Positions 9,232 to 17,788 of a DNA stretch of 29,403 nt are shown here, piece after piece (the first letter of the stretch is position 1; every line of letters begins with the position of its first letter). Below the pieces are notes generated by a model, which was not told the origin of the DNA, made no database searches, and saw only the letters and a list, made by a program, of their open reading frames with translations. Source of the stretch: a virus (lineage: Duplodnaviria; Caudoviricetes); the IMG/VR virus record IMGVR_UViG_3300020159_003530, positions 1 to 29,403 of that record, one strand, 5' to 3'. The position numbers and the translations under genes are program-made.

Positions 9232-9620
9232 TAGAAGTCTCCCTTTCCGCGAGAGTCTTCCTCCACCGTAAATGAGATAAAGCGCTCGATGTGAGCTGCG
9301 TCGCGCAAGACCAGCTCGATGTCAGTGTAGCGCCGGCGCATCTTGTTGTCGCCCATATGGAACGGCGAGAGGGTGCAGCCTCGGATTGCCATCTTGGCCT
9401 CCTCGAGACCGTATTCGTAAATGGCCAACGCGATCTTCCGCCACCGTGGATCAGTAAGCTTGGGTCGGGGGCCCCGCTTGATCCAGGTTTGATCAACCCA
9501 GTAATTAAATACTTCTTGGATCTCGAGCTCATTAACAGCTGCAATCTTTTGGGCCGTGGTTAATTTCTTGGCCGACTTGTTCTTAACTGGCTCCTGGTTA
9601 CCAAAAATGTCTTCTTGCAT
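9231..9620 (-). CDS. replication-initiator C-terminal-like domain protein
   Basis: VFNYW...KLTD.R..KI...YG.EE...AI.G...SPFHMG.N....YTDIELVLRD pattern; ATG 9620 after AGGAG. Confidence 0.6.
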   Translation of the reverse strand: MQEDIFGNQEPVKNKSAKKLTTAQKIAAVNELEIQEVFNYWVDQTWIKRGPRPKLTDPRWRKIALAIYEYGLEEAKMAIRGCTLSPFHMGDNKMRRRYTDIELVLRDAAHIERFISFTVEEDSRGKGDF

Positions 9621-9679
9621 CAAAGCTCCTGTGTGCAAACTACTCCCCTTGTCGTACAGACGTTTGAAGGACTTTCCTA

Positions 9680-9708
9680 AAAGTACCTGTACTACAGGTA
9701 TAAGTCAA
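9680..9708 (-). promoter_or_regulatory. SigA-type promoter TTGACT-N17-TACTTT with a palindrome in the spacer
   Basis: Read directly; the ACCTGTACTACAGGT inverted repeat lies in the spacer. Confidence 0.6.
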
Positions 9709-10153
9709 CCCTCAGACCGTTATAAGTACTTAACCAAGTACTAAACAATCCCTTCCAAACAACTTATCTCTGCCTCCGTATCAGCCATAGGCTGATTAAG
9801 GAGTGCTACTTACGAACAGTTGTACTTACTTGGAATACTGTCCGGAAGGGGGGTTCCAGGGGGGAAACCATTTTGAAGATATATGCCGGGGTAACACAAA
9901 TAGAACACTCGATTTTCGGGAGTGCCTCGAACGGACTTTCGGCCGGCCTGTTCAGTTGCGAGCCCAGTATACACAATCATCCGCCACCGTCAAGGACATT
10001 GGGAATATTTCCCGGCGGGACTCGTGAGCTGATGTAAAGTATTGACAGCAGCTGCGTTCACGCTAGCGCGACTGCGGAGCGGGGCTTGGCAGCTTCAACG
10101 CCTGGGCCGGCCGTTTGGATATTAACCCAGGCCCCGCTCTTTATAATTGTTAT

Positions 10154-10627
10154 CTATTTAAGCGGCAGCAAGAATCGCTGTGATTCCCACATGATTCCAA
10201 TCGCTGAATACCCAACGATGTCCATCAACGTGTCCTCGACTGATTCGTTTTGAGGAATTCCTTCTTGATCCCAAAGATTCTCGAGACGAGCAACCTTGTC
10301 ATGGGTGCGAATACAAAGGCCTTGGCGTCCAAAGCGCCGAATATTCTCAGATCCGTAATCCCTTTGTTTGCTGATCAGGATTTTAGTTAAACGTTTAACC
10401 GAGAACTCGAATTGTTTTTTTAGCGCAAGCTCCCAGGCGTCTGCTCCAACAACCGACCATCGAGCAATCATTCTTTCTGACCCGGACGGCGTGTGAAAAA
10501 ATTCGTCAACCATCTCATCAAAATCAGTACGTAACTGAACCAGATCAGTGCGAGGTTTAAACCTGACTTCTGAATTGATTAATTGCACAGCAGCTTCAGC
10601 TGCATCGTTCCATGAGCTGTATTCCAT
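10154..10627 (-). CDS. DUF1599 / nucleotide-modification-associated domain 1 protein
   Basis: KQRDYG.ENI...R..DKVARLENL...NESVEDTLMDIVGYS. Confidence 0.8.
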   Translation of the reverse strand: MEYSSWNDAAEAAVQLINSEVRFKPRTDLVQLRTDFDEMVDEFFHTPSGSERMIARWSVVGADAWELALKKQFEFSVKRLTKILISKQRDYGSENIRRFGRQGLCIRTHDKVARLENLWDQEGIPQNESVEDTLMDIVGYSAIGIMWESQRFLLPLK

Positions 10628-10702
10628 ATATTACTTTTTATCACATGTCTTCCGCCACCGTCAAAAAAAGACACTGCCCGCAGCGGGGCTCCGAAGGATG
10701 AA

Positions 10703-10936
10703 TTACCAGTAACGCCAGCTCCGTCCCCAGCGGGGAGAAGTTGAACGAAGGTACCTGGCTGTACGAGGAAACTTATTTTCAGCGAGTTCCGGCACAACAA
10801 TATGGACCAAGATGTCAATCGAGCGAACAAAACGACATGGCGACCCGAGAACGAAACGACTCTCCGTCTTCTTTTCAGCTGCGCGCAGTAGCTCAAACGT
10901 CTCGCGCATGTCCGTATGTGGGCTAAGCATACTCAT
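10703..10936 (-). CDS. hypothetical protein
   Basis: ATGA overlap with the upstream 19-aa ORF; last gene of a minus-strand run. Confidence 0.5.
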   Translation of the reverse strand: MSMLSPHTDMRETFELLRAAEKKTESRFVLGSPCRFVRSIDILVHIVVPELAENKFPRTARYLRSTSPRWGRSWRYW

Positions 10937-10992
10937 CGCGATCCAAGCATTCCACCGAGAAGGATTATGAAGGCAAGTGTTGTAATTGTCAT
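10933..10992 (-). CDS. 19-aa hydrophobic micropeptide MTITTLAFIILLGGMLGSR
   Basis: Exactly fills the gap between 10994..11269 and 10703..10936; resembles 21295..21354. Confidence 0.55.
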   Translation of the reverse strand: MTITTLAFIILLGGMLGSR

Positions 10993-10993
10993 G

Positions 10994-11269
10994 TTAGTTA
11001 CTTTCTACTGTGTCGTCAGCAATGATCTGGCGAATCATGATGTAAGGAAATGAAACCCAGTCTGCGTCGCGCGTATCAATTTTAAAAGGATGACGCATGC
11101 GAGGGTTGCGGAAAATTCCATGCGTTAGATCTTGTATGTCAAGAGACTTGCCGCTAAATAAAGCACGAAAGTTCTCGCCACTTTTCATCGTGACGAGAAC
11201 TTCGTGTCCTACAAGCTTTTCAGCTTCGGTGCGTGTCAGGTTTTTCACGCCTGGCCAGCGGACCAGCAT
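10994..11269 (-). CDS. hypothetical protein
   Basis: 91-aa ORF in a packed minus-strand operon. Confidence 0.65.
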   Translation of the reverse strand: MLVRWPGVKNLTRTEAEKLVGHEVLVTMKSGENFRALFSGKSLDIQDLTHGIFRNPRMRHPFKIDTRDADWVSFPYIMIRQIIADDTVESN

Positions 11270-11784
11270 TCAACAAGTTGTTTGGTGCTTAATGATTTGG
11301 CGAGTTTTCCCCATTCAACTTCAACCCACTTAAGCTGCGCGCCCTGTAAACGCATTTGGCCGGCAGCAAAGTACCAGCGGAAGACGTCTGTATCTTCACC
11401 GCGCCATTCAATCCATGATTCGTCCTTAACCCAAGGCGAGATGGCGCAGAAGAAAAGGTCCTCTTGGCCTTGCTTGTTGTTGTAAACGAGATCAACCAGA
11501 TTGCCATCGTCGTCATATGTTGGACTAAACCCGAGCTCCATCAACATTTGATGGAATGTTGCAATTTCCTTCGGATAGTTTGCGTCCATCCAGGAAAACC
11601 AGCGCGCTGGATGATAATCCATATGCTCAGGCCGAGGATCATCAGAGCTGATGTCTTCTCCCCAGCCGCCACCGCGCTTCAGGTGATCGTAATCATTAAG
11701 CTTGCACATTGCTTTGTAGCAGCTTTGGAAGTCTTCCTTCTTGATGAAGAATTCTGATGCCTCGGTGCGAACGTAGTACCCCAT
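11245..11784 (-). CDS. conserved phage hypothetical protein (Trp/Asp-rich)
   Basis: GAGG RBS; TGATG coupling with the upstream gene. Confidence 0.8.
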   Translation of the reverse strand: MGYYVRTEASEFFIKKEDFQSCYKAMCKLNDYDHLKRGGGWGEDISSDDPRPEHMDYHPARWFSWMDANYPKEIATFHQMLMELGFSPTYDDDGNLVDLVYNNKQGQEDLFFCAISPWVKDESWIEWRGEDTDVFRWYFAAGQMRLQGAQLKWVEVEWGKLAKSLSTKQLVECWSAGQA

Positions 11785-12095
11785 CAGTTCACCTCTGCAA
11801 GTTGATTGATGCGCGACTGAGTAAATTCCTTGTGATCCTGCATGACATAGTCAACAATTTGTGTGTTGGCCTCTGCCATCTTGCCTGCGAAATCCCAAAG
11901 TTCGCTGATGTCGTGGAAGGTGAAGGAGATTGAGGAACCGGATGCGTACGATCCGTCCTTATCGCTACTCCACTTGATCTCAATGGTGTAAAACCAGGGC
12001 GGGCCCTGCTTCCCCTCATCGCTTTCGTGGTAGTAGGTACGGAAACTTACCTCTGGCTTATATACGTGAGCCGCACGGATATCGGTTGTTGACAC
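11784..12095 (-). CDS. hypothetical protein
   Basis: GTG start with an AGGAGG RBS downstream of a strong promoter. Confidence 0.8.
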   Translation of the reverse strand: MSTTDIRAAHVYKPEVSFRTYYHESDEGKQGPPWFYTIEIKWSSDKDGSYASGSSISFTFHDISELWDFAGKMAEANTQIVDYVMQDHKEFTQSRINQLAEVN

Positions 12096-12132
12096 TTTTG
12101 CCTCCTAGGCGTAGTGGTTAATAGGTGTTTTT

Positions 12133-12161
12133 AATATAGCCACTAACCGCACGACTGTCAA
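12133..12161 (-). promoter_or_regulatory. SigA-type promoter TTGACA-N17-TATATT
   Basis: Near-consensus boxes with exact spacing. Confidence 0.8.
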
Positions 12162-12170
12162 CCTATCCAG

Positions 12171-12638
12171 CTATTTTTTTTCTGCTTCCCGGTCGGCCTT
12201 TGGGTCGCGAACCTCGTAGAGGCCATGCTTGATTTTGCGAAAGAGATCTGGCCTGTCTGTGATCAGCTTAAGAGCCGTCGGATAAGAAACTTCTCCGAGC
12301 TCCGCGATCTCAGCAGCTGTTACCTGGGCGAAAACATTATCTTGGCACCACGCGTAGATAGCCCCGTATTTGTCGGAACGACGAACTTTTTTATCTGCTT
12401 CTACCTGGACGAATCCAAATATGTCTGCTGCGACCATTGCGTCAATCGAGTAATGATAAACAAGCTCTTTAACGGAAAGAGTAGGATTTGTAATTGCGCA
12501 CATACGCGCGCGATCGCGCTCTGTAAGTTTCTCTCTAAGATGTTTGGGAATACCAAATACACTCCCATACTCTTTTGATGCTTTTGCCCAATCTTCTTTG
12601 CCGAGCGCGCACGCTTCTTCGTAAGTGAAATAACTCAT
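12171..12638 (-). CDS. hypothetical protein with a C-terminal winged-HTH-like region
   Basis: VTAAEIAELGEVSYPTALKLI...FRKIKHGLYEV. Confidence 0.7.
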   Translation of the reverse strand: MSYFTYEEACALGKEDWAKASKEYGSVFGIPKHLREKLTERDRARMCAITNPTLSVKELVYHYSIDAMVAADIFGFVQVEADKKVRRSDKYGAIYAWCQDNVFAQVTAAEIAELGEVSYPTALKLITDRPDLFRKIKHGLYEVRDPKADREAEKK

Positions 12639-12686
12639 TGTTGGAATTCTACCAATCAAGCAGGCGTGCTTCAAAATCTTTATACA

Positions 12687-12857
12687 TCACAAGCCTTCCT
12701 TCATGTCAATAACTTTCGCGCCCATTTCAACAAGTGTCTTAGCGCAACTAAAGCAAAACCAACCGGCTCCAGAAAGGGTCATGTTGGGAGTATAAAAAAC
12801 CCTGTAGAAGCCTTCGCCGCGACAGGGGGCGCCGAGACCTTGGCAGTCCACGATCAT
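12687..12857 (-). CDS. 56-aa Cys4 microprotein (paralog B)
   Basis: MIVDCQGLGAPCRGEGFYRVFYTPNMTLSGAGWFCFSCAKTLVEMGAKVIDMKEGL; ATGA overlap with paralog A. Confidence 0.7.
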   Translation of the reverse strand: MIVDCQGLGAPCRGEGFYRVFYTPNMTLSGAGWFCFSCAKTLVEMGAKVIDMKEGL

Positions 12858-13018
12858 GATGACACCTTCACTCCAAAAATTTCAGCACCATAGTTCTTAA
12901 GGATCTGGATGCAGTTGGAACAAAGCCAGCAGCACCCGGCATCTGAAAGATCAGGCATGAGGTAGGAAGCGTAAACAACATCTTCGCTACATGGTCCGTA
13001 AAAACCTTGGCACCCCAT
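12854..13018 (-). CDS. 54-aa Cys-rich microprotein (paralog A)
   Basis: MGCQGFYGPCSEDVVYASYLMPDLSDAGCCWLCSNCIQILKNYGAEIFGVKVSS; TGATG overlap with 13018..13221. Confidence 0.7.
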   Translation of the reverse strand: MGCQGFYGPCSEDVVYASYLMPDLSDAGCCWLCSNCIQILKNYGAEIFGVKVSS

Positions 13019-13221
13019 CAGATACCCACCGCCTCAAGAAACTTACTGCGATCAAAACGTGGATTGTCACGCTTCATTGCATCGCACATGCATTCAACAG
13101 CGATTTGAAAAGCTGTGCGTTGATCGCTATCACTATCTCCCTTGGATACGATGAGATCATCCAGGTTGCGAAGAGTGATTGCCAATTCCTCCGCCAAGCG
13201 CTTGTAGTCCTTACGGGTCAT
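13018..13221 (-). CDS. conserved small phage protein (MTRKDY...NPRFD..KF family)
   Basis: Recognisable terminal motifs; AAGGAGG RBS. Confidence 0.8.
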   Translation of the reverse strand: MTRKDYKRLAEELAITLRNLDDLIVSKGDSDSDQRTAFQIAVECMCDAMKRDNPRFDRSKFLEAVGI

Positions 13222-13246
13222 AATTCCTCCTTGATTGGTTATGCGT

Positions 13247-13275
13247 ATTCTAAACAGCCATCAAGAAAAAGTCAA
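13247..13275 (-). promoter_or_regulatory. SigA-type promoter TTGACT-N17-TAGAAT
   Basis: Read directly. Confidence 0.8.
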
Positions 13276-13448
13276 CTACTTAAAAGGCTAAATTTCTACG
13301 AGTGGCCATGGCCGGGCAAATAAAAAAGAATTCTCCGGCAGCTCATCCGCCACCGTCATAAAAAAGACGCATCTCAACGGGGCTTCGGACGCGCAGCTAC
13401 ACGCGATGTATGCCTGGTAGTCCCGTTAGCTGTAGTAAAGTACCACTC

Positions 13449-13826
13449 ATGAACATTACAAAAAGATGGGACAAAAAAGTCCGAGCACTCGAGGAATATG
13501 TGAAGCTAAATGGAACAGCTCTCGTCCCGGCAACTGCAAAGATAGAAATTGACGGGACTGTTATGAGCTTAGGGCCATGGGTTTGCGCTACTCGAGCTGC
13601 ATACCACAGAGGCGACCTCATGCCTCACAGAATTACTCAGCTTGAATCTTTTCCTGGATGGAACTGGGGGCCGCTTAAGCCAGGAAGAAAAGTTTCTCCG
13701 AAGCGCGATCAGGAAATTGTTCAGGCGCGCGAATCGGGATTGAAGCTTGAGCAGATTGCTGAACAACATAATCTGTCGCGCCAGCGAGTTCATCAGATCG
13801 TGAAGAGGTCAAAAATAAATGCCTAG
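13449..13826 (+). CDS. helicase-associated (HA) domain fused to a sigma70-region-4-like HTH
   Basis: WD....L.EY...NG...VP...LG.WV...R..Y..G.L...RI..LE; C-terminal LEQIAEQHNLSRQRVHQI. TAAAGT lies 7 nt before the ATG (leaderless). Confidence 0.8.
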   Translation: MNITKRWDKKVRALEEYVKLNGTALVPATAKIEIDGTVMSLGPWVCATRAAYHRGDLMPHRITQLESFPGWNWGPLKPGRKVSPKRDQEIVQARESGLKLEQIAEQHNLSRQRVHQIVKRSKINA

Positions 13827-14073
13827 AGAGTTCAGCCGAAGCAATTGGCCACAGGAAGAAGAAACTGACGATAAGCAAATAAGAACCTGGACTGCGTTTT
13901 TTACTTTTGCTTGGGGATCACTGTTTTTAACAGCTTCATTTTGGCTGACATTCTGGGTTCTTGAATCAGAGGGCGTGATTGATTGGATGATTCCGTGGTG
14001 GAAGTGCGGAATACTTTCGTATTGCTTTTTGATCATTTTTGGAATGACGCGAATCGGTAAACGACAGCAATAA
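13819..14073 (+). CDS. small two-TM membrane protein
   Basis: Two hydrophobic aromatic-rich segments; overlaps the previous stop. Confidence 0.7.
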   Translation: MPREFSRSNWPQEEETDDKQIRTWTAFFTFAWGSLFLTASFWLTFWVLESEGVIDWMIPWWKCGILSYCFLIIFGMTRIGKRQQ

Positions 14074-14117
14074 AAAAAGCCAGCGCCTCGGTAAGAAAGG
14101 AAACCGAGACGCTGGCT
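14072..14117 (-). terminator. intrinsic terminator between convergent genes
   Basis: AGCCAGCG.CTCGGT/ACCGAG.CGCTGGCT stem; A7 on the + strand gives a U-tail on the - strand. Confidence 0.75.
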
Positions 14118-14182
14118 AGCGTCGTGCAGCAGGGCAAGGAGGTGGAGTCCCCGCGCACAGAGCGCCGTACCTAGTCTAATGA

Positions 14183-14593
14183 CTAGGCAACAGCGGTGAC
14201 GGAAGTCGTCTGCGAGGCCTCCACAGCCTGCGCAACACGGATCTGCGAGTAATCGCTGTAATCCGTGCATGCTTCCGCAATATCTGTTGGCAGAGAACCA
14301 AGCTTCACGGCCGCCTTGAACTTCTCTCCATCAACGACACTCTTGATAAGCGTCTTGAAGAGGTTTGGCTTGATCATTTGCTTCAGCTTCTCAATGTCGT
14401 AGGACGCACGACGTCCTTCAACGATAGAAACCTTAACGCCGTCAACAACAACAGAAGTAGTCATTCCGTTTGCCATTGCGAGACGCATTGCGTTCTCTGC
14501 TTTTTTAAGAGCGTCTTCAGCTTCAGACTTTGCCTCGCGAGCTGCGAGATAGTCGGAAACCGTCTTGCTCATTTGTCCTGCGCTTGCTTTCAT
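14183..14593 (-). CDS. hypothetical phage protein with an N-terminal coiled coil
   Basis: AAGGAGG RBS, own promoter and terminator. Confidence 0.8.
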   Translation of the reverse strand: MKASAGQMSKTVSDYLAAREAKSEAEDALKKAENAMRLAMANGMTTSVVVDGVKVSIVEGRRASYDIEKLKQMIKPNLFKTLIKSVVDGEKFKAAVKLGSLPTDIAEACTDYSDYSQIRVAQAVEASQTTSVTAVA

Positions 14594-14622
14594 TTTATTC
14601 CTCCTTAGTAAGTAGTTTGAGT

Positions 14623-14682
14623 GTGGGATCGTCCAGTTCCGATCCCACGAATGTGGTTTTTGGTGCGGGATGAACTGGCACC
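14623..14682 (-). ncRNA. candidate structured 5' leader: two hairpins with complementary loops
   Basis: Minus strand GGTGC-CAGTTCATCCC-GCACC and GTGGGATCG-GAACTGGA-CGATCCCAC; loops CAGTTC and GAACTG can pair. Confidence 0.5.
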
Positions 14683-14724
14683 CCTTGACCTAGTAGCACT
14701 ATATCCCCCCTTATGTTGTAGCTT

Positions 14725-14753
14725 AATTTACCTGAGACTAAATAGAAAGTCAA
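14725..14753 (-). promoter_or_regulatory. SigA-type promoter TTGACT-N17-TAAATT
   Basis: Read directly. Confidence 0.7.
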
Positions 14754-14756
14754 CCC

Positions 14757-15008
14757 CTAAGAGATAATTTCCCAAGAATCTTCTTCAGGGACGAGGCCAA
14801 GGCTTGAACCGTCATCCCAAGTGACATGAACGGTGCCATGATCATCAATAAGATTGATTGTTCCTTCTGCTCCCGGCAAGAGCTTCGTAAATTTATCAGT
14901 CGTTTTCGTGAGACGAATGCGCCTCCCAACGAGAACTTTGTTGAGGCTTTCTTGAATGACGCGAATTAAAAGTGACATATCGTCGTTGAGGTCGTTGTTA
15001 GTAGTCAT
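14757..15008 (-). CDS. DUF4314 domain protein
   Basis: GRRIRL..TTD....L.PGAEGTI..IDDHGTVHVTWDDGSSLGLVP.ED; leaderless after TTGACA-N17-TTTGAT (15043-15015). Confidence 0.85.
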   Translation of the reverse strand: MTTNNDLNDDMSLLIRVIQESLNKVLVGRRIRLTKTTDKFTKLLPGAEGTINLIDDHGTVHVTWDDGSSLGLVPEEDSWEIIS

Positions 15009-15184
15009 AAAGACATCAAAGCAGCTGGAATAGAAAATGTCAACCCGTGTCAACAATAAATATAAAACTGCAGAGCTTCGCCGGCTGAGAAAAAAGAAGA
15101 TCATCCGCCACCGTTAAAAAAAGAAGAACGCCGCCAACGGGACTCCGGAGTGCTTCTTCGTGCAGCTGCATAATCTTGGGCAAT

Positions 15185-15226
15185 AAAAAAGGGCGTCTGA
15201 CGGAAATGATCCGCCGGACGCCCTTT
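15185..15226 (-). terminator. intrinsic terminator
   Basis: AAAGGGCGTC...GACGCCCTTT stem with A6 on the + strand, downstream of 15238..15672. Confidence 0.75.
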
Positions 15227-15237
15227 GGGGTGGTTTT

Positions 15238-15672
15238 TTATGCGCAGAGGCTATGTGCGAGACCGCTCATTTCGTTCGCGAGTGCGCCACGGGCTTCACC
15301 TTCATCAGTGAAATGCGAGCCATCAGCGAAATGGATCACAGTAGCCGATGTTTGACGGGTGAATACCGTAATCAGCGTCACGCGAGAGCGTTCAGGACTT
15401 TCGCTCGCTGGTGTAGAAGGCTCGTCTTCGCCTGCTTTAAGCGGAGCTGCCCATCCCCCCGTCAATGCGCCCACGGCCGCGTAACCGTTATTCACAGCGT
15501 GCGACTCTTGCGCTTGTTCAATGGCGTCGTAAATGTCCAGAGATGAGCTGAGGACGGAGATGCCTTCGTCGCTAACCCCGAAAATGATTGCCTCCGGGAG
15601 TTTCTTTTCAGGATCAAGCGTTGCTTGCCCGAAGTGGTCAGAGGCCTTAAAAGCCAAGTCCAGTGTTTTCAT
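15238..15672 (-). CDS. hypothetical protein
   Basis: GAAAGG RBS, own promoter and terminator. Confidence 0.8.
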   Translation of the reverse strand: MKTLDLAFKASDHFGQATLDPEKKLPEAIIFGVSDEGISVLSSSLDIYDAIEQAQESHAVNNGYAAVGALTGGWAAPLKAGEDEPSTPASESPERSRVTLITVFTRQTSATVIHFADGSHFTDEGEARGALANEMSGLAHSLCA

Positions 15673-15701
15673 ATTAGCCTTTCTTATTGGGAACAGAGCA
15701 G

Positions 15702-15763
15702 ATCATAGCAATCTAAAAATGCTTTGTCAAACTATTGCATTTCTTTTTTATTAGGCATATACT
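15702..15763. promoter_or_regulatory. back-to-back SigA promoters: (-) TTGACA-N17-TATGAT at 15730-15702 and (+) TTGCAT-N17-TATACT at 15735-15763
   Basis: Read directly between divergent genes. Confidence 0.75.
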
Positions 15764-15787
15764 GGCCTCCCAATAGAAAGGAACAAA

Positions 15788-16321
15788 ATGGGATTAGACA
15801 ATATGCCAAACAAGTACCCGTGCAAGACACGGGGTACGGCGATTATGGAACCACGTGTAAGCCAAAAGACTGGCGAAGTCCTGCTTGACGAGGATGGCCA
15901 GCCAGCGATGACGATTGACTGCCAAGCAACACAAGCATTTGGCGGATGCCCGTATCAAAACGCATTCGCCAAGTCCGGGATTACCGAGGGTCGCGTTTAC
16001 GGGATGTTTGGTACGGATTGCTGGTATCGCGGTAAGTACGGCAACGCAATCGTGGCCGCGGCTTCGCACAACAATATGGATGACGAGTTCACGTTCTACG
16101 GCGACAATGAGGATTCAACTCATAAGTCAGCCGAGTCCTGCACTCAACTGGCCGACTTCATCAAGGTTGTTACGGCCTCTTATGAAAATGAAGACATTGT
16201 CGCAGATGCTAAAGAAGAGTTTGCTGAAGACAAGGCCGATATTCTGAATGGCCTCCGCTACGCTGAGTGGTATCTTCGCTGGGCAGCTGAAGAGTGTGAC
16301 GGATTGGTGTGCTGGTACTAA
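15788..16321 (+). CDS. phage hypothetical protein (MGLD...YRGK family, Cys-rich insert)
   Basis: GAAAGGA RBS; 177 aa. Confidence 0.8.
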   Translation: MGLDNMPNKYPCKTRGTAIMEPRVSQKTGEVLLDEDGQPAMTIDCQATQAFGGCPYQNAFAKSGITEGRVYGMFGTDCWYRGKYGNAIVAAASHNNMDDEFTFYGDNEDSTHKSAESCTQLADFIKVVTASYENEDIVADAKEEFAEDKADILNGLRYAEWYLRWAAEECDGLVCWY

Positions 16322-16584
16322 TGAAAATGAAGTTTTACGCCGATGATCAAGAAAAAGAAGTGATTGAAGTCGCTGAACTTATTCTTGAAGAATATTTTGG
16401 ACTTGGAACCACTGGCGCAGATGCCATCGTGGACTGTCTTCGCGATCTCGTGAGCGGTCAGATGAATGTCTCAGAGTGGGAAACAGACGACGACACGGTT
16501 TTCCGCGCTGTCGCGATGATCGGGATGAAGCTGCAAGAGGAAAACAAGCTGCATCAAATGATCGTCCCCCTCCCGGTCGTATAA
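16321..16584 (+). CDS. acidic hypothetical protein
   Basis: TAATG coupling with the previous gene. Confidence 0.7.
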   Translation: MKMKFYADDQEKEVIEVAELILEEYFGLGTTGADAIVDCLRDLVSGQMNVSEWETDDDTVFRAVAMIGMKLQEENKLHQMIVPLPVV

Positions 16585-16764
16585 AAAAGGATCATCCACC
16601 ACCGTAAAGGAGGTGGGTGTCCTTAGTCCCGTTGTCCGTTGTCCTGCTGCCTCATACTCAGCGGGACTTCGGAGGCTGGGTTTGAGTGTTTGCGCTTAGC
16701 TAACTCAGGACGATTGTCTCGGTAAGTAATAGACTTGACGGGACTCTGGCGCTAGACTGTCGCG

Positions 16765-16959
16765 ATGGCGTTGTTTGCGTGCAAAGTGTGTGGCATTGAG
16801 CTGCATAAAGACACGCCAGGCGTCAGCCGGTATGTCAGGGGTTGGCAAAAAAACGGATCTACAGCCGTGGCCTACACTGAAGAACTCTTTGAATATGCGC
16901 ATACCGTGTGTCTGAGTACACGAAAAAGCCCTAACGCCCAAGCTGATCGCTTGTTCTAG
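16765..16959 (+). CDS. small Zn-finger-like protein (CKVC...HTVC)
   Basis: TAGACT -10 box 6 nt before the ATG (leaderless). Confidence 0.65.
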   Translation: MALFACKVCGIELHKDTPGVSRYVRGWQKNGSTAVAYTEELFEYAHTVCLSTRKSPNAQADRLF

Positions 16960-17038
16960 GCGCTAGGGCTTAATCGGTTGTGTGGCTGTCAGCCGGCCAA
17001 GAGAAAAGCAAGCACAAGTACCAAGAAAACGGTACCCA

Positions 17039-17467
17039 TTAGAGGCCCAAGCGTTCTACCTCGGCCTCGCTAACGGGCCAAAGCTGCGAGGCTCCACCCA
17101 TACTGTCGTGGTGACTGAGAGAGTAAGAAACATGATCGGCTTGCACGTTGTAGCGCAACGTCCAGCTTGAATCTACTGTCATGCCACGGAGAATGTCAAC
17201 TACCTTCTCGGCGTGGAAATAGCCGCTCACGGTACGATTCCAAAGGTTGAGATCCTTGACATGCCACCATCCAGTCTCATTTGACTCACGGAGTGTCTTG
17301 GTGTCTTCGCTGAACAAGTCAACGACGAACTCCCAGCAATCGCCGTAGCAATCATCGGCCGGCTCATCGGTGAACTCTTCTTTAATTGCGTCGTACTTAG
17401 TGCAGGTGCAGTCGTTTGATACCTCCGACTGCCAAAGGTTGAGATGATCCCCGAAGAGAATGGTCAT
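17039..17467 (-). CDS. hypothetical protein (CxC...CxxxC)
   Basis: GAAAGGA RBS. Confidence 0.8.
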   Translation of the reverse strand: MTILFGDHLNLWQSEVSNDCTCTKYDAIKEEFTDEPADDCYGDCWEFVVDLFSEDTKTLRESNETGWWHVKDLNLWNRTVSGYFHAEKVVDILRGMTVDSSWTLRYNVQADHVSYSLSHHDSMGGASQLWPVSEAEVERLGL

Positions 17468-17479
17468 TTTTATTCCTTT

Positions 17480-17788
17480 CTATTTATTGGTAGAGAAATT
17501 TGAATAGTATGCAATATGGTCATGAAGTGCGCCAGTATCACGCCAGTCGGGCAGGTTGTCGGTAATCCATTCGCGAGCAACGGACACAAGGCCTTCAACC
17601 GTGATAGTCGGAGCGCTTGTTTCATAATCCCAAACATTTACGCAGTCAAAAGCCTGGTCTGGAACATCCCCAATCGCGATGTCTACGTATGCGCCGCCAT
17701 GCCAGGTGAAAATGAATCCGTCAATGGCCAGCTGAAAATATTCATTGCCCGTATCTGGGTCAGAGAGAGTCTTAATCTTGTTATGCAT
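17480..17788 (-). CDS. hypothetical protein
   Basis: ATG 17788 lies 7 nt after TATTAT (leaderless). Confidence 0.7.
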   Translation of the reverse strand: MHNKIKTLSDPDTGNEYFQLAIDGFIFTWHGGAYVDIAIGDVPDQAFDCVNVWDYETSAPTITVEGLVSVAREWITDNLPDWRDTGALHDHIAYYSNFSTNK

